Assembly (NCBI GenBank): GCA_964354225.1
Contig: CAYGZC010000210.1
Location: 3,823 to 27,822 of the forward strand
Direction: 5' to 3'
From: an uncultured Chlorobiaceae bacterium
GTDB lineage: Bacteria; Bacteroidota; Ignavibacteria; UBA10030; SZUA-254
DNA: 24,000 nucleotides
How positions within the stretch are numbered: position 1 is the first letter of the stretch; every line of letters begins with the position of its first letter. Below, one piece after another: positions 1 to 9,710 of this stretch. The notes beneath the pieces are model-generated. The model ran no database searches and was not told the DNA's origin. It worked only from the letters and a program-made list of their open reading frames with translations. The position numbers were made by a program, and so were the translations under genes.

Positions 1-626
1 ATCTTGTTGCCAAAGTTGCGAAGGAAGTAAATCAATCAACAAAGTGGAAAGTTGGCAGTCATGAAATTGATTTCACACCTCCTTGGAAAAGAGTCCCTAT
101 GTTCGATGCGATCAAAGAATACACAGGAAGAGAACTTCAGGGAAAATCTGGACAAGAATTATTGAAGATTGCAAAGGAACTAAATATTGAAATCAAATCC
201 GGCTCGGATAGTGGTGCGATAATTGATGAAATATTCAGTGAATTAGTTGAGCCGGAACTTATTCAGCCAACTTTTATCACCGATTATCCTCTTGAGATGT
301 CGCCGCTGGCAAAAAGACACCGAAGTAAAGCGGGACTTGTTGAACGATTTGAAGTTATAGTGAATGGATACGAGCTGTGCAATGCATTCAGTGAATTAAA
401 TGATCCACTCGATCAGCGACAACGTTTTGAAGAACAGATGAAGCTGCGTGCGCAGGGAAATGAGGAAGCACAGGTTCTCGATGAAGATTATCTGCGTGCC
501 CTCGAATATGGTATGCCACCTACTGCGGGACTGGGGATTGGCATTGATCGTTTGACAATGTTATTTACTAATCAGGATTCGATACGCGATGTGATCTTTT
601 TTCCTCAAATGAAACCCGAACATTGA
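1..626 (+). CDS. lysS: Lysine--tRNA ligase, class II, C-terminal part (5' end lies upstream of the window)
   Basis: Frame 3 is open from the window edge ([42 protein letters not shown]...) to TGA 624-626. It has a class II aaRS catalytic core with LysRS-typical strings [26 protein letters not shown] and [28 protein letters not shown] (motif 3). Confidence 0.93.
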   Translation, partial: LVAKVAKEVNQSTKWKVGSHEIDFTPPWKRVPMFDAIKEYTGRELQGKSGQELLKIAKELNIEIKSGSDSGAIIDEIFSELVEPELIQPTFITDYPLEMSPLAKRHRSKAGLVERFEVIVNGYELCNAFSELNDPLDQRQRFEEQMKLRAQGNEEAQVLDEDYLRALEYGMPPTAGLGIGIDRLTMLFTNQDSIRDVIFFPQMKPEH

Positions 627-628
627 AA

Positions 629-3154
629 ATGCGAAGCTCGTTATTATTTTTCCTAATCATCAGCATTGCTGCCACCTCTTTGACGTATTCCAGTACCGAT
701 GGTATTCTTGAAGGGCGAGTGCTCAATAAAGAGACGAAGGAGCCACTCGTTGGCGTCACAATCGCTATTCTTGGAACAACTCAAGGGACTGCTACCGATG
801 TTGATGGTAATTTTCATATCAATAATTTGGAAGCGGGTACGTACGATATAAGAATTTCTAATGTAGGGTTTCAACCTCAGGTTTATAAGGCGGTTGTTGT
901 AAGAGTTGGGTTGCGTACAAGAATTTCGATTGAGCTATTACCTTCTGCGGTTGAGCTTGCAGAGGTTGAAGTGACGGCGGAGAGGCCTTTAATTGAAAAA
1001 GATGTTACAAGCACAAATTTTTCGATTGGGTCTTCCCAATTGGAAAAATTACCAGTTCGCAGTGTGCAAGATATTATCACGCTCTTTCCGAGCGTCACAG
1101 CCGAAGGAAACGTGCGCGGTGGAAAAACAACTGAAGTTGTTTATTTAGTCGATGGACTACCGCTTCAGGATGTCATCGGAGGTGGGGTTGGGAGCTCATT
1201 ACCCAAAAGTTCTATTACGGAATTCTCTATTCAATCAGGCGGGTTCGATGCTGAATATGGAAATGCTCTTTCCGGGGTTGTTAATATTATTACGAGAAGG
1301 GGTGGTAATAAACACTCTTCAGTTTTGAGGGTTGAGAAAGATAATTGGCTTGCTGGTGATTGGAACTCACAACACAATAAGTCAACAGAAATGGAATTAA
1401 CCCTCTCCGGACCGTTCGTCCAAGATCGATTAAATTATTTCGCTGCAACCACACTCCAATTGAACGATACTCGTTGGTGGCAGGACTTTACCAAGTTTTT
1501 TCATTCACCCGTATATAAAGATGTTAGTGGGATAGGTAAGATTGATTACAGTTTAACTCCAAGAATACATCTGACGGCTCAGAATGTTTATTCGTTGCGT
1601 GAATGGCGAGATTATGAATTCAGCTGGCGGTTCAATCTGGCAGGTTTACCGCAAAGAAGCCGGTCGTCTTATCGAACAACTGCAACCATCTCGCATACCA
1701 TCACAAATAGCTTGCATTATACATTGTCGATGAGTCATTATTATCTGCGTTCAAAGATCGGTGGGGACAAGAATTCTCTCGACCTGACGCCATATGAATA
1801 TGATATTTATCTTGAGTACATAGTTAAAGGGAGTCGCTCATGGTGGTCGCAGACGAAGCAAAATATATATACCGGTAAGACAGATATTGTCTATCAACCC
1901 AATCCAAACAACGTTCTCAAGGTAGGTTTCGAAATTAATCAATATGATATTTTTTCTGACGTTGTAAAATTCGAACCGCAGAAGACATATTTCGGTAAAG
2001 TAATACCTGATGATTCTCTGCTCAATTACAGCTCGTTATATCACTACTATCCACGTAGCGGTAGCGCCTATCTACAAGAGAAATTAGAGGTTGACAAAGA
2101 TGGTGCTGTCGTGAATATTGGCTTCCGTTGGGATTTTCTCGACCCCCGTAGTAAGCGACCGATTGTTGAGTATGTTAAACCAGACACTGGTTCAAGTTTA
2201 TATCAATCTCAAGTTACTCGATTTGCAAAGGCATCTCTCAAGCAGCAGCTAAGTCCGCGGATGGGTCTCTCGTTTCCGTTGATGTGGGATATGCTCTTAG
2301 TAATGAATTACGGACATTATTTTCAATTTCCATTGTTTGATTATCTTTATTCTGGTGTTAATCCGCAGCAGTTGCAAAAGGGAGTAAATGTTTTGGTTGG
2401 AAATCCTGATTTGAAACCGGAACGTACCCATGCATGGGAGATCGGGGTTAAGTATGGACTTGATGAAAAAACTTTATTCAGCGTAACATATTTTAAAAAA
2501 GAGTTCATCGATCAGATAGATTCAAAAACGTTTCTACCGTCAAAAGCAAGAGCAGCTGGTGATTATGGTTATGCTGAATATGTGAATAATGCTTTTGCAA
2601 ATGCAGAAGGTTTAGAGTTTGTTCTCTCACGTCATAGGGATGAAAAGCTTTCCGGCTCGATTTCATATTCATTGATGACAACCGAAGGTGTTAGTGATTA
2701 CGTTAATCAGGGGCTAAATTTGCATCAGTGGGGATTTCCTGTTCTCAATGAACCATATCCATTAAGCTGGGATCAACGTCATACACTGAAAGTTTTGATT
2801 GATGCTCAGCTGCCGTGGGATTTTCTGTGCAATGTTGTGTGGACGTATAATTCGGGCAGACCTTATACTTACTTCCCAACGCGTGATGGTTTTACGGCGG
2901 AAGATACAACAAGAGCATTCATCCCAAACAATGGGCGACTACCAGGTAATAGCGTTGTGAATGTAAAATTTTCGCGTAAGTTTTCAATTAGCAATATTAC
3001 ATCATTGCAACTCTATGGTGATATTAGAAATTTGTTCAATATTAAAAATGCAAGGTGGGCTGATGCCGATGGGCGCATCGGTGGACAGCTTCATGATCCA
3101 TCAGCATATTATGATCCTCGGCGAGTTTCGATCGGGCTAAGATATGAAATGTAA
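629..3154 (+). CDS. TonB-dependent outer-membrane receptor with N-terminal carboxypeptidase-regulatory-like (CarboxypepD_reg) domain
   Basis: Signal peptide MRSSLLFFLIISIAATSLTYS, then GRVLNKETKEPLVGVTIAILGTTQGTATDVDGNFHINNLEAGTYDIRISNVGF (CarboxypepD_reg). Plug-domain strings follow: LPVRSVQDIITLFPSV, VVYLVDGLPL, GGFDAEYGNALSGVVNIITRRG. A long beta-barrel ends in RVSIGLRYEM. ATG 629 is preferred over the TTG at 623 given in the ORF track. Confidence 0.88.
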   Translation: MRSSLLFFLIISIAATSLTYSSTDGILEGRVLNKETKEPLVGVTIAILGTTQGTATDVDGNFHINNLEAGTYDIRISNVGFQPQVYKAVVVRVGLRTRISIELLPSAVELAEVEVTAERPLIEKDVTSTNFSIGSSQLEKLPVRSVQDIITLFPSVTAEGNVRGGKTTEVVYLVDGLPLQDVIGGGVGSSLPKSSITEFSIQSGGFDAEYGNALSGVVNIITRRGGNKHSSVLRVEKDNWLAGDWNSQHNKSTEMELTLSGPFVQDRLNYFAATTLQLNDTRWWQDFTKFFHSPVYKDVSGIGKIDYSLTPRIHLTAQNVYSLREWRDYEFSWRFNLAGLPQRSRSSYRTTATISHTITNSLHYTLSMSHYYLRSKIGGDKNSLDLTPYEYDIYLEYIVKGSRSWWSQTKQNIYTGKTDIVYQPNPNNVLKVGFEINQYDIFSDVVKFEPQKTYFGKVIPDDSLLNYSSLYHYYPRSGSAYLQEKLEVDKDGAVVNIGFRWDFLDPRSKRPIVEYVKPDTGSSLYQSQVTRFAKASLKQQLSPRMGLSFPLMWDMLLVMNYGHYFQFPLFDYLYSGVNPQQLQKGVNVLVGNPDLKPERTHAWEIGVKYGLDEKTLFSVTYFKKEFIDQIDSKTFLPSKARAAGDYGYAEYVNNAFANAEGLEFVLSRHRDEKLSGSISYSLMTTEGVSDYVNQGLNLHQWGFPVLNEPYPLSWDQRHTLKVLIDAQLPWDFLCNVVWTYNSGRPYTYFPTRDGFTAEDTTRAFIPNNGRLPGNSVVNVKFSRKFSISNITSLQLYGDIRNLFNIKNARWADADGRIGGQLHDPSAYYDPRRVSIGLRYEM

Positions 3155-3282
3155 TGCTCGATCATTAGGAATTATTAACTTACGTTACACAAAATTGAAA
3201 TATTACTATGTTTGATAAAATTTATTTTTTAACTCAACCCCCTCAATTCCCCCTCTTTCTTAAAAGAGAAGGGAGCAGGGAG

Positions 3283-3936
3283 ATGGATTCCAGTGGTGCG
3301 CATATTAAAAAATCTCGGGTCGCATGCTGCATATTAGCAGTTATTAATTATTTTTTAATAGTACTTGCTTCATTCTTTTCACTTACATGTAAAGAGTCGT
3401 TGCCGGTTCATATAGCACCGCAGCATGTTGTCGATATAAAAATCACCACCATCGAACAATATAATGATCATATTGCTCGACCCGGTCTCCAAAGAATGCA
3501 CTTTGTACTATCTGGAGAGAATGTTTATGATGAAGTATTTTGGGATAGTGTGAATATCAAAGGGTCGGTAAGAATATGGTGGAAGCGTAAGCCGCAGCGG
3601 TATAAGACGATCGTCCTCACTGAAAAAAGTTTAACAAATCGGGCGCTTGTCCACAACGGGCGAATGATGCTTGTCCCCGGGCAGAGATTCTCGATGGATA
3701 TGTACTGGGACATCCGATCCGACGATGGGATTTATTTGGTTTCGGAAATGGATTTTACAAAATTTAATTCTCGCACGTGTGCTGCCAATGTTATTTGTGG
3801 AAATAGGGAAGATTTTATAATTGAAGCTTCATTAAACATTTATGACCGACTCGGCTATCTAAAAGCGCCGCCGGAGGAGTTTACCTTCTATCCTCGAATA
3901 TGTAAATATCCGGAGTATCCTCCGTGTGGGCCTTGA
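3283..3936 (+). CDS. Hypothetical lipoprotein, Cys-rich C-terminus, no family recognised
   Basis: The ORF is open from 3208, but ATG 3283 is preceded by the Shine-Dalgarno-like GGGAGCAGGGAG. That start yields a basic n-region plus hydrophobic core ending in a lipobox-like FSLTC. Four Cys lie near the C-terminus (RTCAANVICG, RICKYPEYPPCGP). I recognise no homology. Confidence 0.6.
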   Translation: MDSSGAHIKKSRVACCILAVINYFLIVLASFFSLTCKESLPVHIAPQHVVDIKITTIEQYNDHIARPGLQRMHFVLSGENVYDEVFWDSVNIKGSVRIWWKRKPQRYKTIVLTEKSLTNRALVHNGRMMLVPGQRFSMDMYWDIRSDDGIYLVSEMDFTKFNSRTCAANVICGNREDFIIEASLNIYDRLGYLKAPPEEFTFYPRICKYPEYPPCGP

Positions 3937-4057
3937 AAAGTGAGTGTATATCGGTATTGATAGTGTAATTATAAGGTTCTTATCGTATTTAATATTTGCT
4001 GATGATACATTATTTATTTTGCTTATTCGAGGACTATTACAAATTAAGGGAGGGTGA

Positions 4058-4909
4058 GTGAAACATATATTTTTATTTTCTATCATCTTTGTAATATCCA
4101 TACCAGCTGTTGCATCTCCGATTGATTCACTTCATCGCGCTAATCCGAATGGGATCCAATCTGAAAAATTAGCAATCGTTATTAGCGGCTCGATGGCGAT
4201 TGTTACGGCTGCACATATTCAGAATTATAATTCGTGGTGGAAAGGCGAAAGGAGTGCTTTTCATTTGGGTGACGGTGGAGGGCGCACATTTGGTGCGGAT
4301 AAGTTTGGGCATTTTTATTTTACATATCTATCAAGTGATATCCTGTGGCATTCGTTTCAATGGGCTGGGATTGAAAAAAAGCACTCACTTTTGTTAGGTG
4401 CTGGATTAAGTCTTGCATTCCAGTTATATGTAGAGGTTGAAGATGGATTTACAAAGGTGCTTGGTTTCAGCGCCGGTGATGCGATGGCAGATGTTGGCGG
4501 TGCTTTTTATCCCGTACTTCAATCTCAGGTTTCATGGTTGGAGAATGTTCGATTCAAATGGAGCTGTTATCCGTCCACAAGTTACCTTGATGGAAAATTC
4601 CGAACCATCTTCGACGACTATGAGAGCATGTACTTTTGGCTTAGCTTTAATAATAATATATTTCCGGAAGCAATACGGACTTTCATCCCAGCATTTTTGG
4701 GAATTGCGATTGGTTATAGCATAAAAGGATTAAACGAACAGAATGATGGTGTGCGTGAACTACTCATCGGGTTAGATTATGATTTCACTCGTCTCCCCGG
4801 TGAAGGGTCTTTTCTGAAATCAATAAAATATGTTTTGAACTATATACATTTTCCTGCACCAACCATTCGCCTGACACCGAGTATCATTGCATACGGTTTA
4901 CACTTTTGA
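4058..4909 (+). CDS. DUF2279 (YfiM-like) family periplasmic/outer-membrane protein
   Basis: GTG start 4058 sits behind a strong SD, AAGGGAGGG (4045-4053). Signal peptide MKHIFLFSIIFVISIPAVA. The motifs FGADKFGHFYFTY and FSAGDAMADVGGAFY resemble the G-x-DK-x-x-HF and KD-x-x-x-D-x-x-G motifs I recall from E. coli YfiM/DUF2279. Family assignment is from memory only. Confidence 0.6.
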   Translation: MKHIFLFSIIFVISIPAVASPIDSLHRANPNGIQSEKLAIVISGSMAIVTAAHIQNYNSWWKGERSAFHLGDGGGRTFGADKFGHFYFTYLSSDILWHSFQWAGIEKKHSLLLGAGLSLAFQLYVEVEDGFTKVLGFSAGDAMADVGGAFYPVLQSQVSWLENVRFKWSCYPSTSYLDGKFRTIFDDYESMYFWLSFNNNIFPEAIRTFIPAFLGIAIGYSIKGLNEQNDGVRELLIGLDYDFTRLPGEGSFLKSIKYVLNYIHFPAPTIRLTPSIIAYGLHF

Positions 4910-5664
4910 TGGAAAAAGTTAATTTGTCGAATAACATTCCTGCTATTAGCATTATTATCCCCACGCTTCAGGAGGAAAAAACGATTGAACGCACACTCAG
5001 CCAGTTTACTAAGCTGCTCCGTGATCAGTTCAACTTTGAAGTTATCGTAAGTGACGGCGGAAGTACGGATAAAACAGTCGACATTGTATATCGTTATGCC
5101 AATAATGTAATCGTACATTCCGGTAATACACGGCAAAATATCTCAATCGGTAGGAATCGAGGTGCGAAGGCAGCGCGCGGTGGAATCCTTATTTTTTTAA
5201 ACGCAGATGTAGTGATTGAGGATCTTGAAAAATTCTTTCGTACGATGCTCAAAACATTTCAGAAAAAGCAGATTGTTGCCGCTACATGTAATGTTAATAT
5301 TTATCCTGAAGAAGAGCTTATCAGAGATTGGATGTTCCATAATTTTTTTAATGGATATTTTTGGCTGTTAAACATCATCGGTATGGGTATGGGGAGAGGT
5401 GAATGTCATGTTATAAGAAAAGAGACATTTGAACAGGTAGGAGGATATAACGAGGAAATAGCTGCCGGTGAAGACTATGAGCTCTTTTTACGATTACGTC
5501 GTATGGGAAAAATCAAATTTGTGCGGACGCTGACAGTCTTCGAATCACCGCGTCGTTTTAGAAAATATGGGTACTTTTGGATCAGTTTATTATGGTTTTT
5601 AAATGCATTAAGCGTGCTACTTTTTGATCGTTCCATAGTTGACGAATGGAAACCCATTCGTTGA
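4909..5664 (+). CDS. Family 2 glycosyltransferase (GT-A fold)
   Basis: ISIIIPTLQEEKTIERTL and VIVSDGGSTDKT form the GT2 N-terminal nucleotide-binding region. FLNADVVI is DxD-like, and GEDYELFLRL is present. ATG 4909 shares one nucleotide with the upstream stop (TGATG); the track start at 4906 is a TTG one codon earlier. Confidence 0.85.
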   Translation: MEKVNLSNNIPAISIIIPTLQEEKTIERTLSQFTKLLRDQFNFEVIVSDGGSTDKTVDIVYRYANNVIVHSGNTRQNISIGRNRGAKAARGGILIFLNADVVIEDLEKFFRTMLKTFQKKQIVAATCNVNIYPEEELIRDWMFHNFFNGYFWLLNIIGMGMGRGECHVIRKETFEQVGGYNEEIAAGEDYELFLRLRRMGKIKFVRTLTVFESPRRFRKYGYFWISLLWFLNALSVLLFDRSIVDEWKPIR

Positions 5665-5692
5665 TCCATTTCACCTTGGTTATTTAACTTAT

Positions 5693-5721
5693 TTGACTTT
5701 CACATGGATTTTGGATATACT
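5693..5721 (+). promoter_or_regulatory. Sigma70-type promoter for the S41 peptidase gene
   Basis: TTGACT (5693-5698), a 17-nt spacer, then TATACT (5716-5721), about 38 nt upstream of ATG 5759. AGGA lies at 5751-5754. Confidence 0.55.
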
Positions 5722-5758
5722 TTTATCGATAGTAGAATTATTTGTAGAATAGGATAAA

Positions 5759-7381
5759 ATGATGAGAAAAAGATTTTCGTTAACCACTGTAATCATACTG
5801 TTTTTTGTTGCACTAATGCTGGGAATGCAAATCAACAACCTTATTTCCGGCGACAACATTTTTGAGCAGCTCAATAAATTTAAAGAGGTTCTTGTTTATG
5901 CTGAAAAATTCTATGTAGACGATGTTGATACCCCCAAATTGGTTGAATCTGCGATTAATGGCTTGTTATCCAATCTCGATCCTCATTCAGTCTACATTCC
6001 TGCCAAACAGTTGCCAAGAGTCAACGAAGATTTCCATGGAAGCTTTGAGGGAATTGGTGTAGAATATGATGTTGTCAACGATACATTGATTGTAATTTTG
6101 CCGGTCGCAGGTGGTCCAAGCGATTTACTAGGTATCCTTGCGGGAGATAAAATTATTAAGATAAACGATACTTCTGCCATTGGAATTAAGCGAGAAGATG
6201 TACCGTTGAAACTACGTGGACCAAAAGGAACGCACGTCAAAGTAACAATTCTCAGGGTAGGAGAGCAAAACCTATATGATTTTGATATCATCCGTGATAA
6301 AATACCACTCTACAGCGTTGATGTTGCATATATGTTGAATGATGATGTTGGTTATATCAGCGTTAATAAATTTGCAGGAACCACATACGATGAATTCATG
6401 GAAGGGTTAACGAAGCTGCGCTCTCAAGGTATGAAAAGGCTCATCTTAGATCTTCGATACAATGGCGGCGGGCTGATGGATCAAGCTGTGAAGATGGCTA
6501 ATGAATTGTTGGGAGATAGCGGGAAAAAAATTGTCTACACTAAGGCGCGAAGAAGTGAATTCGTTGAGGAATATAAAAGTACAGGTAACGGCAAATTTGC
6601 AGATGTCCCGTTAATCGTTCTTGTGAATCCATTTTCAGCATCTGCCAGCGAAATTGTATCTGGCGCTATCCAGGATTTAGATCGGGGACTGATCGTTGGT
6701 GAAACAACTTTCGGCAAAGGATTAGTCCAGCGTCAGTTTGATTTACCTGACAGGTCTGCTTTCAGGTTGACGATTGCACGTTATTATACACCCTCAGGTA
6801 GATTGATCCAGCGACCGTACGATAAAGACATTGATGCGTATCGCAAAGCGGCTTTTGACCAAGATACAATCGAAGGTGTAAATATCCAACATATGATTGA
6901 GCATAATGGAGATAAAGACTCAACGAAACCAATTTTCAAAACAGCGTCTGGTCGAACTGTTTACGGCGGTGGCGGTATAACTCCCGATTACATCGTAAAA
7001 GCTGAACGAGCATCACCACTCTTTATTCAAATCGTTGGTAAAGGAGTATTTCGAGAGTACACGCTGAATTATATGGATCAGAACGGTAAAAAGCTGCATC
7101 AACAATTCGCAAAGGAATTGAAGAAATTCAAGAATGATTTTTTTGTTAATGAAGATATGATGCACGACTTTGAAGCTCTTGCAAAGAAAAAGGGTGTAAC
7201 GATTGACTCAGTGCAATATCAGAAGGATAAAGAAGATATTAATATTCGTTTAAAAGCTGAGATTGCACGATCCATTTGTGGTAATGAAGGATTATACTCT
7301 GTGATACGCACTAACGACAACCAATTACTCAAAGCTTTAACGTTGTTCCCTGAAGCCGAAAAAATTGCAGGTCTTCACTAA
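5759..7381 (+). CDS. Carboxy-terminal processing peptidase (MEROPS S41, Ctp/Prc family) with PDZ domain
   Basis: N-terminal membrane anchor. PDZ-like segment GIGVEYDVVNDTLIVILPVAGGPSDLLGILAGDKIIKIN. S41 core strings LILDLRYNGGG, LVNPFSASASEIVSGAIQD (nucleophile Ser) and TFGKGLVQ (catalytic Lys). Confidence 0.92.
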   Translation: MMRKRFSLTTVIILFFVALMLGMQINNLISGDNIFEQLNKFKEVLVYAEKFYVDDVDTPKLVESAINGLLSNLDPHSVYIPAKQLPRVNEDFHGSFEGIGVEYDVVNDTLIVILPVAGGPSDLLGILAGDKIIKINDTSAIGIKREDVPLKLRGPKGTHVKVTILRVGEQNLYDFDIIRDKIPLYSVDVAYMLNDDVGYISVNKFAGTTYDEFMEGLTKLRSQGMKRLILDLRYNGGGLMDQAVKMANELLGDSGKKIVYTKARRSEFVEEYKSTGNGKFADVPLIVLVNPFSASASEIVSGAIQDLDRGLIVGETTFGKGLVQRQFDLPDRSAFRLTIARYYTPSGRLIQRPYDKDIDAYRKAAFDQDTIEGVNIQHMIEHNGDKDSTKPIFKTASGRTVYGGGGITPDYIVKAERASPLFIQIVGKGVFREYTLNYMDQNGKKLHQQFAKELKKFKNDFFVNEDMMHDFEALAKKKGVTIDSVQYQKDKEDINIRLKAEIARSICGNEGLYSVIRTNDNQLLKALTLFPEAEKIAGLH

Positions 7382-7404
7382 TATAAGACTGAAAGAGTGG
7401 TGTC

Positions 7405-8277
7405 TTGATTTTGGCAATCAATAAAAATATTTGTAGTATATTGGTAGAAGTAATAACTCTGTCAGGGTTGATTTTATTTAACGGTGCAATCCCCCGTAGG
7501 TTGTCAGATCCATCACCAATATACCCAACATCTCTTTCTATTGAGGATTCAGTTTTTCAAATCGGGGAGGAATTAACATATAATGTCAGCTTTTTGGGTA
7601 TCGATTTAGGTCAGGTGAAAATTAAATTGCTGGAGACTGTCACCAACAACAATCAAAAAAGCTACAAAGCTGTTGCATTTATCGATTCATATAAAGGTGT
7701 TCCTCTTGTCGATCTCCATGCTGTATATGAGAGTATCATTGAGCAGGGCATTTATTCCGGTTTCTTTCATGCACGTGACAAACAGGATAACAAATGGATT
7801 TCGTATTTATATAATTTTGATTATCCCCATCATTCAATATACCTGGAGCAAAGTATATGGAAAAGCGGAAAAATTGATAAGCGCGATACATTACAGGTTG
7901 ATACGCTTTCACAAGATGGTTTATCCCTTTTCTTTCTTGCACGGAGGAATGTTCATTACCAACATCAAATGAACATCCCAGTAATAATTAATGAAAAGAA
8001 AGGGAAAGCCCTTATTAATTTTACCGCTGAACGAACCAAAGGCAAGATCGATGCAGTTGATTATCCGATCGATCTGATTTACTTTGATGGTGAAGCAAAT
8101 TTCATCGGTGTTTTCGGTCTCACAGGTGGATTTGAAGGTTGGTTCAGTAATGATGCAGCTCGGATTCCAGTTATGGCGAAAATGAAAGTTTTAATTGGAA
8201 AAATCAATATTGAGCTTATGAGTTGGAAGAGAGAAAAATGGATGCCTCCTCATTATGATGGAAATAATAAGAATTGA
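7405..8277 (+). CDS. DUF3108-like secreted protein
   Basis: 290-aa ORF with a hydrophobic N-terminus. GEELTYNVSFLGIDLGQVKIKL is the kind of N-terminal beta-strand motif I associate with DUF3108. The only available start is TTG 7405. Family assignment is from memory. Confidence 0.55.
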   Translation: MILAINKNICSILVEVITLSGLILFNGAIPRRLSDPSPIYPTSLSIEDSVFQIGEELTYNVSFLGIDLGQVKIKLLETVTNNNQKSYKAVAFIDSYKGVPLVDLHAVYESIIEQGIYSGFFHARDKQDNKWISYLYNFDYPHHSIYLEQSIWKSGKIDKRDTLQVDTLSQDGLSLFFLARRNVHYQHQMNIPVIINEKKGKALINFTAERTKGKIDAVDYPIDLIYFDGEANFIGVFGLTGGFEGWFSNDAARIPVMAKMKVLIGKINIELMSWKREKWMPPHYDGNNKN

Positions 8278-8410
8278 TTTTAATAAGAACACATACTTTC
8301 GTTGGATTTGAGATTGGCTGGGTTATTTCTGTTACTCTCATTCAAGATGGGATTCTAAATAAAAACGATCGAGACATATAAATGGTTAAAACAGGTTTTG
8401 AGGTAACAGC

Positions 8411-9307
8411 ATGCGACTGAAATTTTGGGGGACACGAGGATCAATTTCTACCCCAGGTAAATGTACCGTACGGTATGGTGGGAACACTGCTTGTACTGAG
8501 TTGCGTCTATCAAAGAATGAGCTTATTATTTTGGACGCGGGTACGGGCATTCGAAACCTTGGAGAAACATTGATCGAAAATGGGGAATCTATAAATGCAT
8601 ATGTTCTTATTTCTCATCCTCACTGGGATCATATTCAAGGGTTTCCATTTTTCAAGCCGGCATTTATTTCGGGGAACGAGTTGACGGTCGTCGGTGGTGA
8701 AACAGAAAAGGTATCTTTACAAAAGATGATCTCCGATCAGATGAACAAAGTATACTTTCCTGTTCAATTAAACGAGCTGAAAGCTAAAATAAATTTTCGT
8801 CCTGTTGGTGAGGAAGAGCTTTCAGTTTTCGATGCTGTTGTGAAAACTATGTATGTCAATCATCCTTCTTTTGCAGTCGGATATAGAATCTCGCAGCATG
8901 GGAAATCGTTGGTGTATATCAGCGATAACGAGCCATTCGATCGGCGTGTTGTGCAAGCGATGCGAAACGTAGAAAAAGTAGTGATAGACCGATATTCTCA
9001 TTCAAAATCTGATCCTAACCAATGTATTTTTGATTTTGTCCGTAATGCCGATGTTCTCATACACGACGCAACTTATACACCTGAAGAATATGTTGACCGA
9101 GTTGGATGGGGTCATTCTCATTACCTCTTCACGCTTAAGGTTGCGGCAGAAGGGAAAGTTAAACGGTTGGTACTCTTTCATCATGATCCGGCACACGATG
9201 ATGATAAGGTGGATGATATTTTGAAAACTTGTAAGAAAGAGATACGAAATCGGCAGTACAAATTTGATTGTATTGCTGCTTCTGAAGGATTGGAATTCGA
9301 AATTTAA
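8411..9307 (+). CDS. MBL-fold metallo-hydrolase
   Basis: MRLKFWGTRGS...YGGNTACTEL at the N-terminus. The canonical metallo-beta-lactamase motif HxHxDH appears as ISHPHWDHIQG, with downstream metal ligands (HDATY, FHHDP). GAGGT lies 7 nt upstream of the ATG. Confidence 0.85.
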   Translation: MRLKFWGTRGSISTPGKCTVRYGGNTACTELRLSKNELIILDAGTGIRNLGETLIENGESINAYVLISHPHWDHIQGFPFFKPAFISGNELTVVGGETEKVSLQKMISDQMNKVYFPVQLNELKAKINFRPVGEEELSVFDAVVKTMYVNHPSFAVGYRISQHGKSLVYISDNEPFDRRVVQAMRNVEKVVIDRYSHSKSDPNQCIFDFVRNADVLIHDATYTPEEYVDRVGWGHSHYLFTLKVAAEGKVKRLVLFHHDPAHDDDKVDDILKTCKKEIRNRQYKFDCIAASEGLEFEI

Positions 9308-9318
9308 TTATCTTATAC

Positions 9319-9348
9319 TTGACATTGATATCAGTCAGGTATTATATT
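9319..9348 (+). promoter_or_regulatory. Sigma70-type promoter for the cold-shock gene
   Basis: TTGACA (9319-9324), a 17-nt spacer, then TTATAT (9342-9347); alternatively an 18-nt spacer and TATATT. It lies immediately after the MBL stop and would give a ~40-50 nt leader. Confidence 0.55.
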
Positions 9349-9395
9349 GCTCAATAAAACATGAATTATTATCATTGATGGAACAAAAATCGAAT

Positions 9396-9605
9396 ATGGC
9401 AACTGGCAAGGTAAAATGGTTTGATGGTAAAAAGGGTTTTGGCTTCATCGTTCCGGAAGATGGTAGCGGAGATATATTTGTGCATTACTCAGCCATCAAA
9501 ACGAATAATGAGTTTAGGATTCTAAAAGAGGGTATGAATGTTCAATACGAGGTAAGCGAAGGAAAGAAAGGTTTACAAGCAGTCAACGTAGTGGTGCTAT
9601 CATAA
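9396..9605 (+). CDS. Cold-shock protein (CspA family, single CSD)
   Basis: MATGKVKWFDGKKGFGFIVPEDGSGDIFVHYSAI carries RNP1 (KGFGFI) and RNP2 (VFVHY-like, here IFVHY). The ~69-aa length matches the family. The track ORF from 9264 is an artefactual upstream extension. ATG 9378 (MEQKSNMATG) is a possible alternative start. Confidence 0.93.
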   Translation: MATGKVKWFDGKKGFGFIVPEDGSGDIFVHYSAIKTNNEFRILKEGMNVQYEVSEGKKGLQAVNVVVLS

Positions 9606-9633
9606 TTAAATGATTAAGATATTGGAATCAGCT

Positions 9634-9676
9634 CCCCGAGTGTGCGGTTATGCTAAAGCCAACAATCGGGGTTTTT
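9634..9676 (+). terminator. Putative rho-independent terminator after csp
   Basis: CCCCGA (9634-9639) pairs with TCGGGG (9666-9671) and is followed by TTTTT (9672-9676). The loop is long (26 nt), so confidence is only moderate. Confidence 0.5.
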
Positions 9677-9710
9677 ATTAGTGCATATCAAGTTAAGGAT
9701 TTGTTGCTAA

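Noticed and set aside
568-1098. Minus-strand ORFs of 63-73 aa (568-759, 653-874, 883-1098), and similar antisense or alternate-frame ORFs throughout the track (for example 3525-3713, 4200-4397, 4437-4724, 5992-6291, 11841-12161, 12605-12874, 13127-13414, 21835-22131).
   Set aside because: All lie inside long + strand genes with clear family motifs. They have no start context or recognisable motifs and have low-complexity or odd composition. They are treated as shadow ORFs.
3208-3282. Upstream 25 codons of the lipoprotein ORF, and an imperfect C-rich/G-rich hairpin (about 3249-3275) that might terminate the receptor gene.
   Set aside because: ATG 3283 has a good SD and gives a proper signal peptide. 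The hairpin needs a bulge and wobble pairs and has no following T tract, so it is not called a terminator.
9361-9380. Mini-uORF ATG AAT TAT TAT CAT TGA in the csp leader, overlapping the in-frame ATG 9378 as TGATG.
   Set aside because: A five-codon ORF in AT-rich sequence is expected by chance, and nothing supports translation. It is noted only as a caveat on the csp start.
9264-9395. N-terminal extension of the cold-shock ORF to 113 aa.
   Set aside because: The extension overlaps the MBL gene end and covers the promoter-like TTGACA-17-TTATAT. CspA-family proteins start within a few residues of the GKVKWF motif, so ATG 9396 (or 9378) is used.
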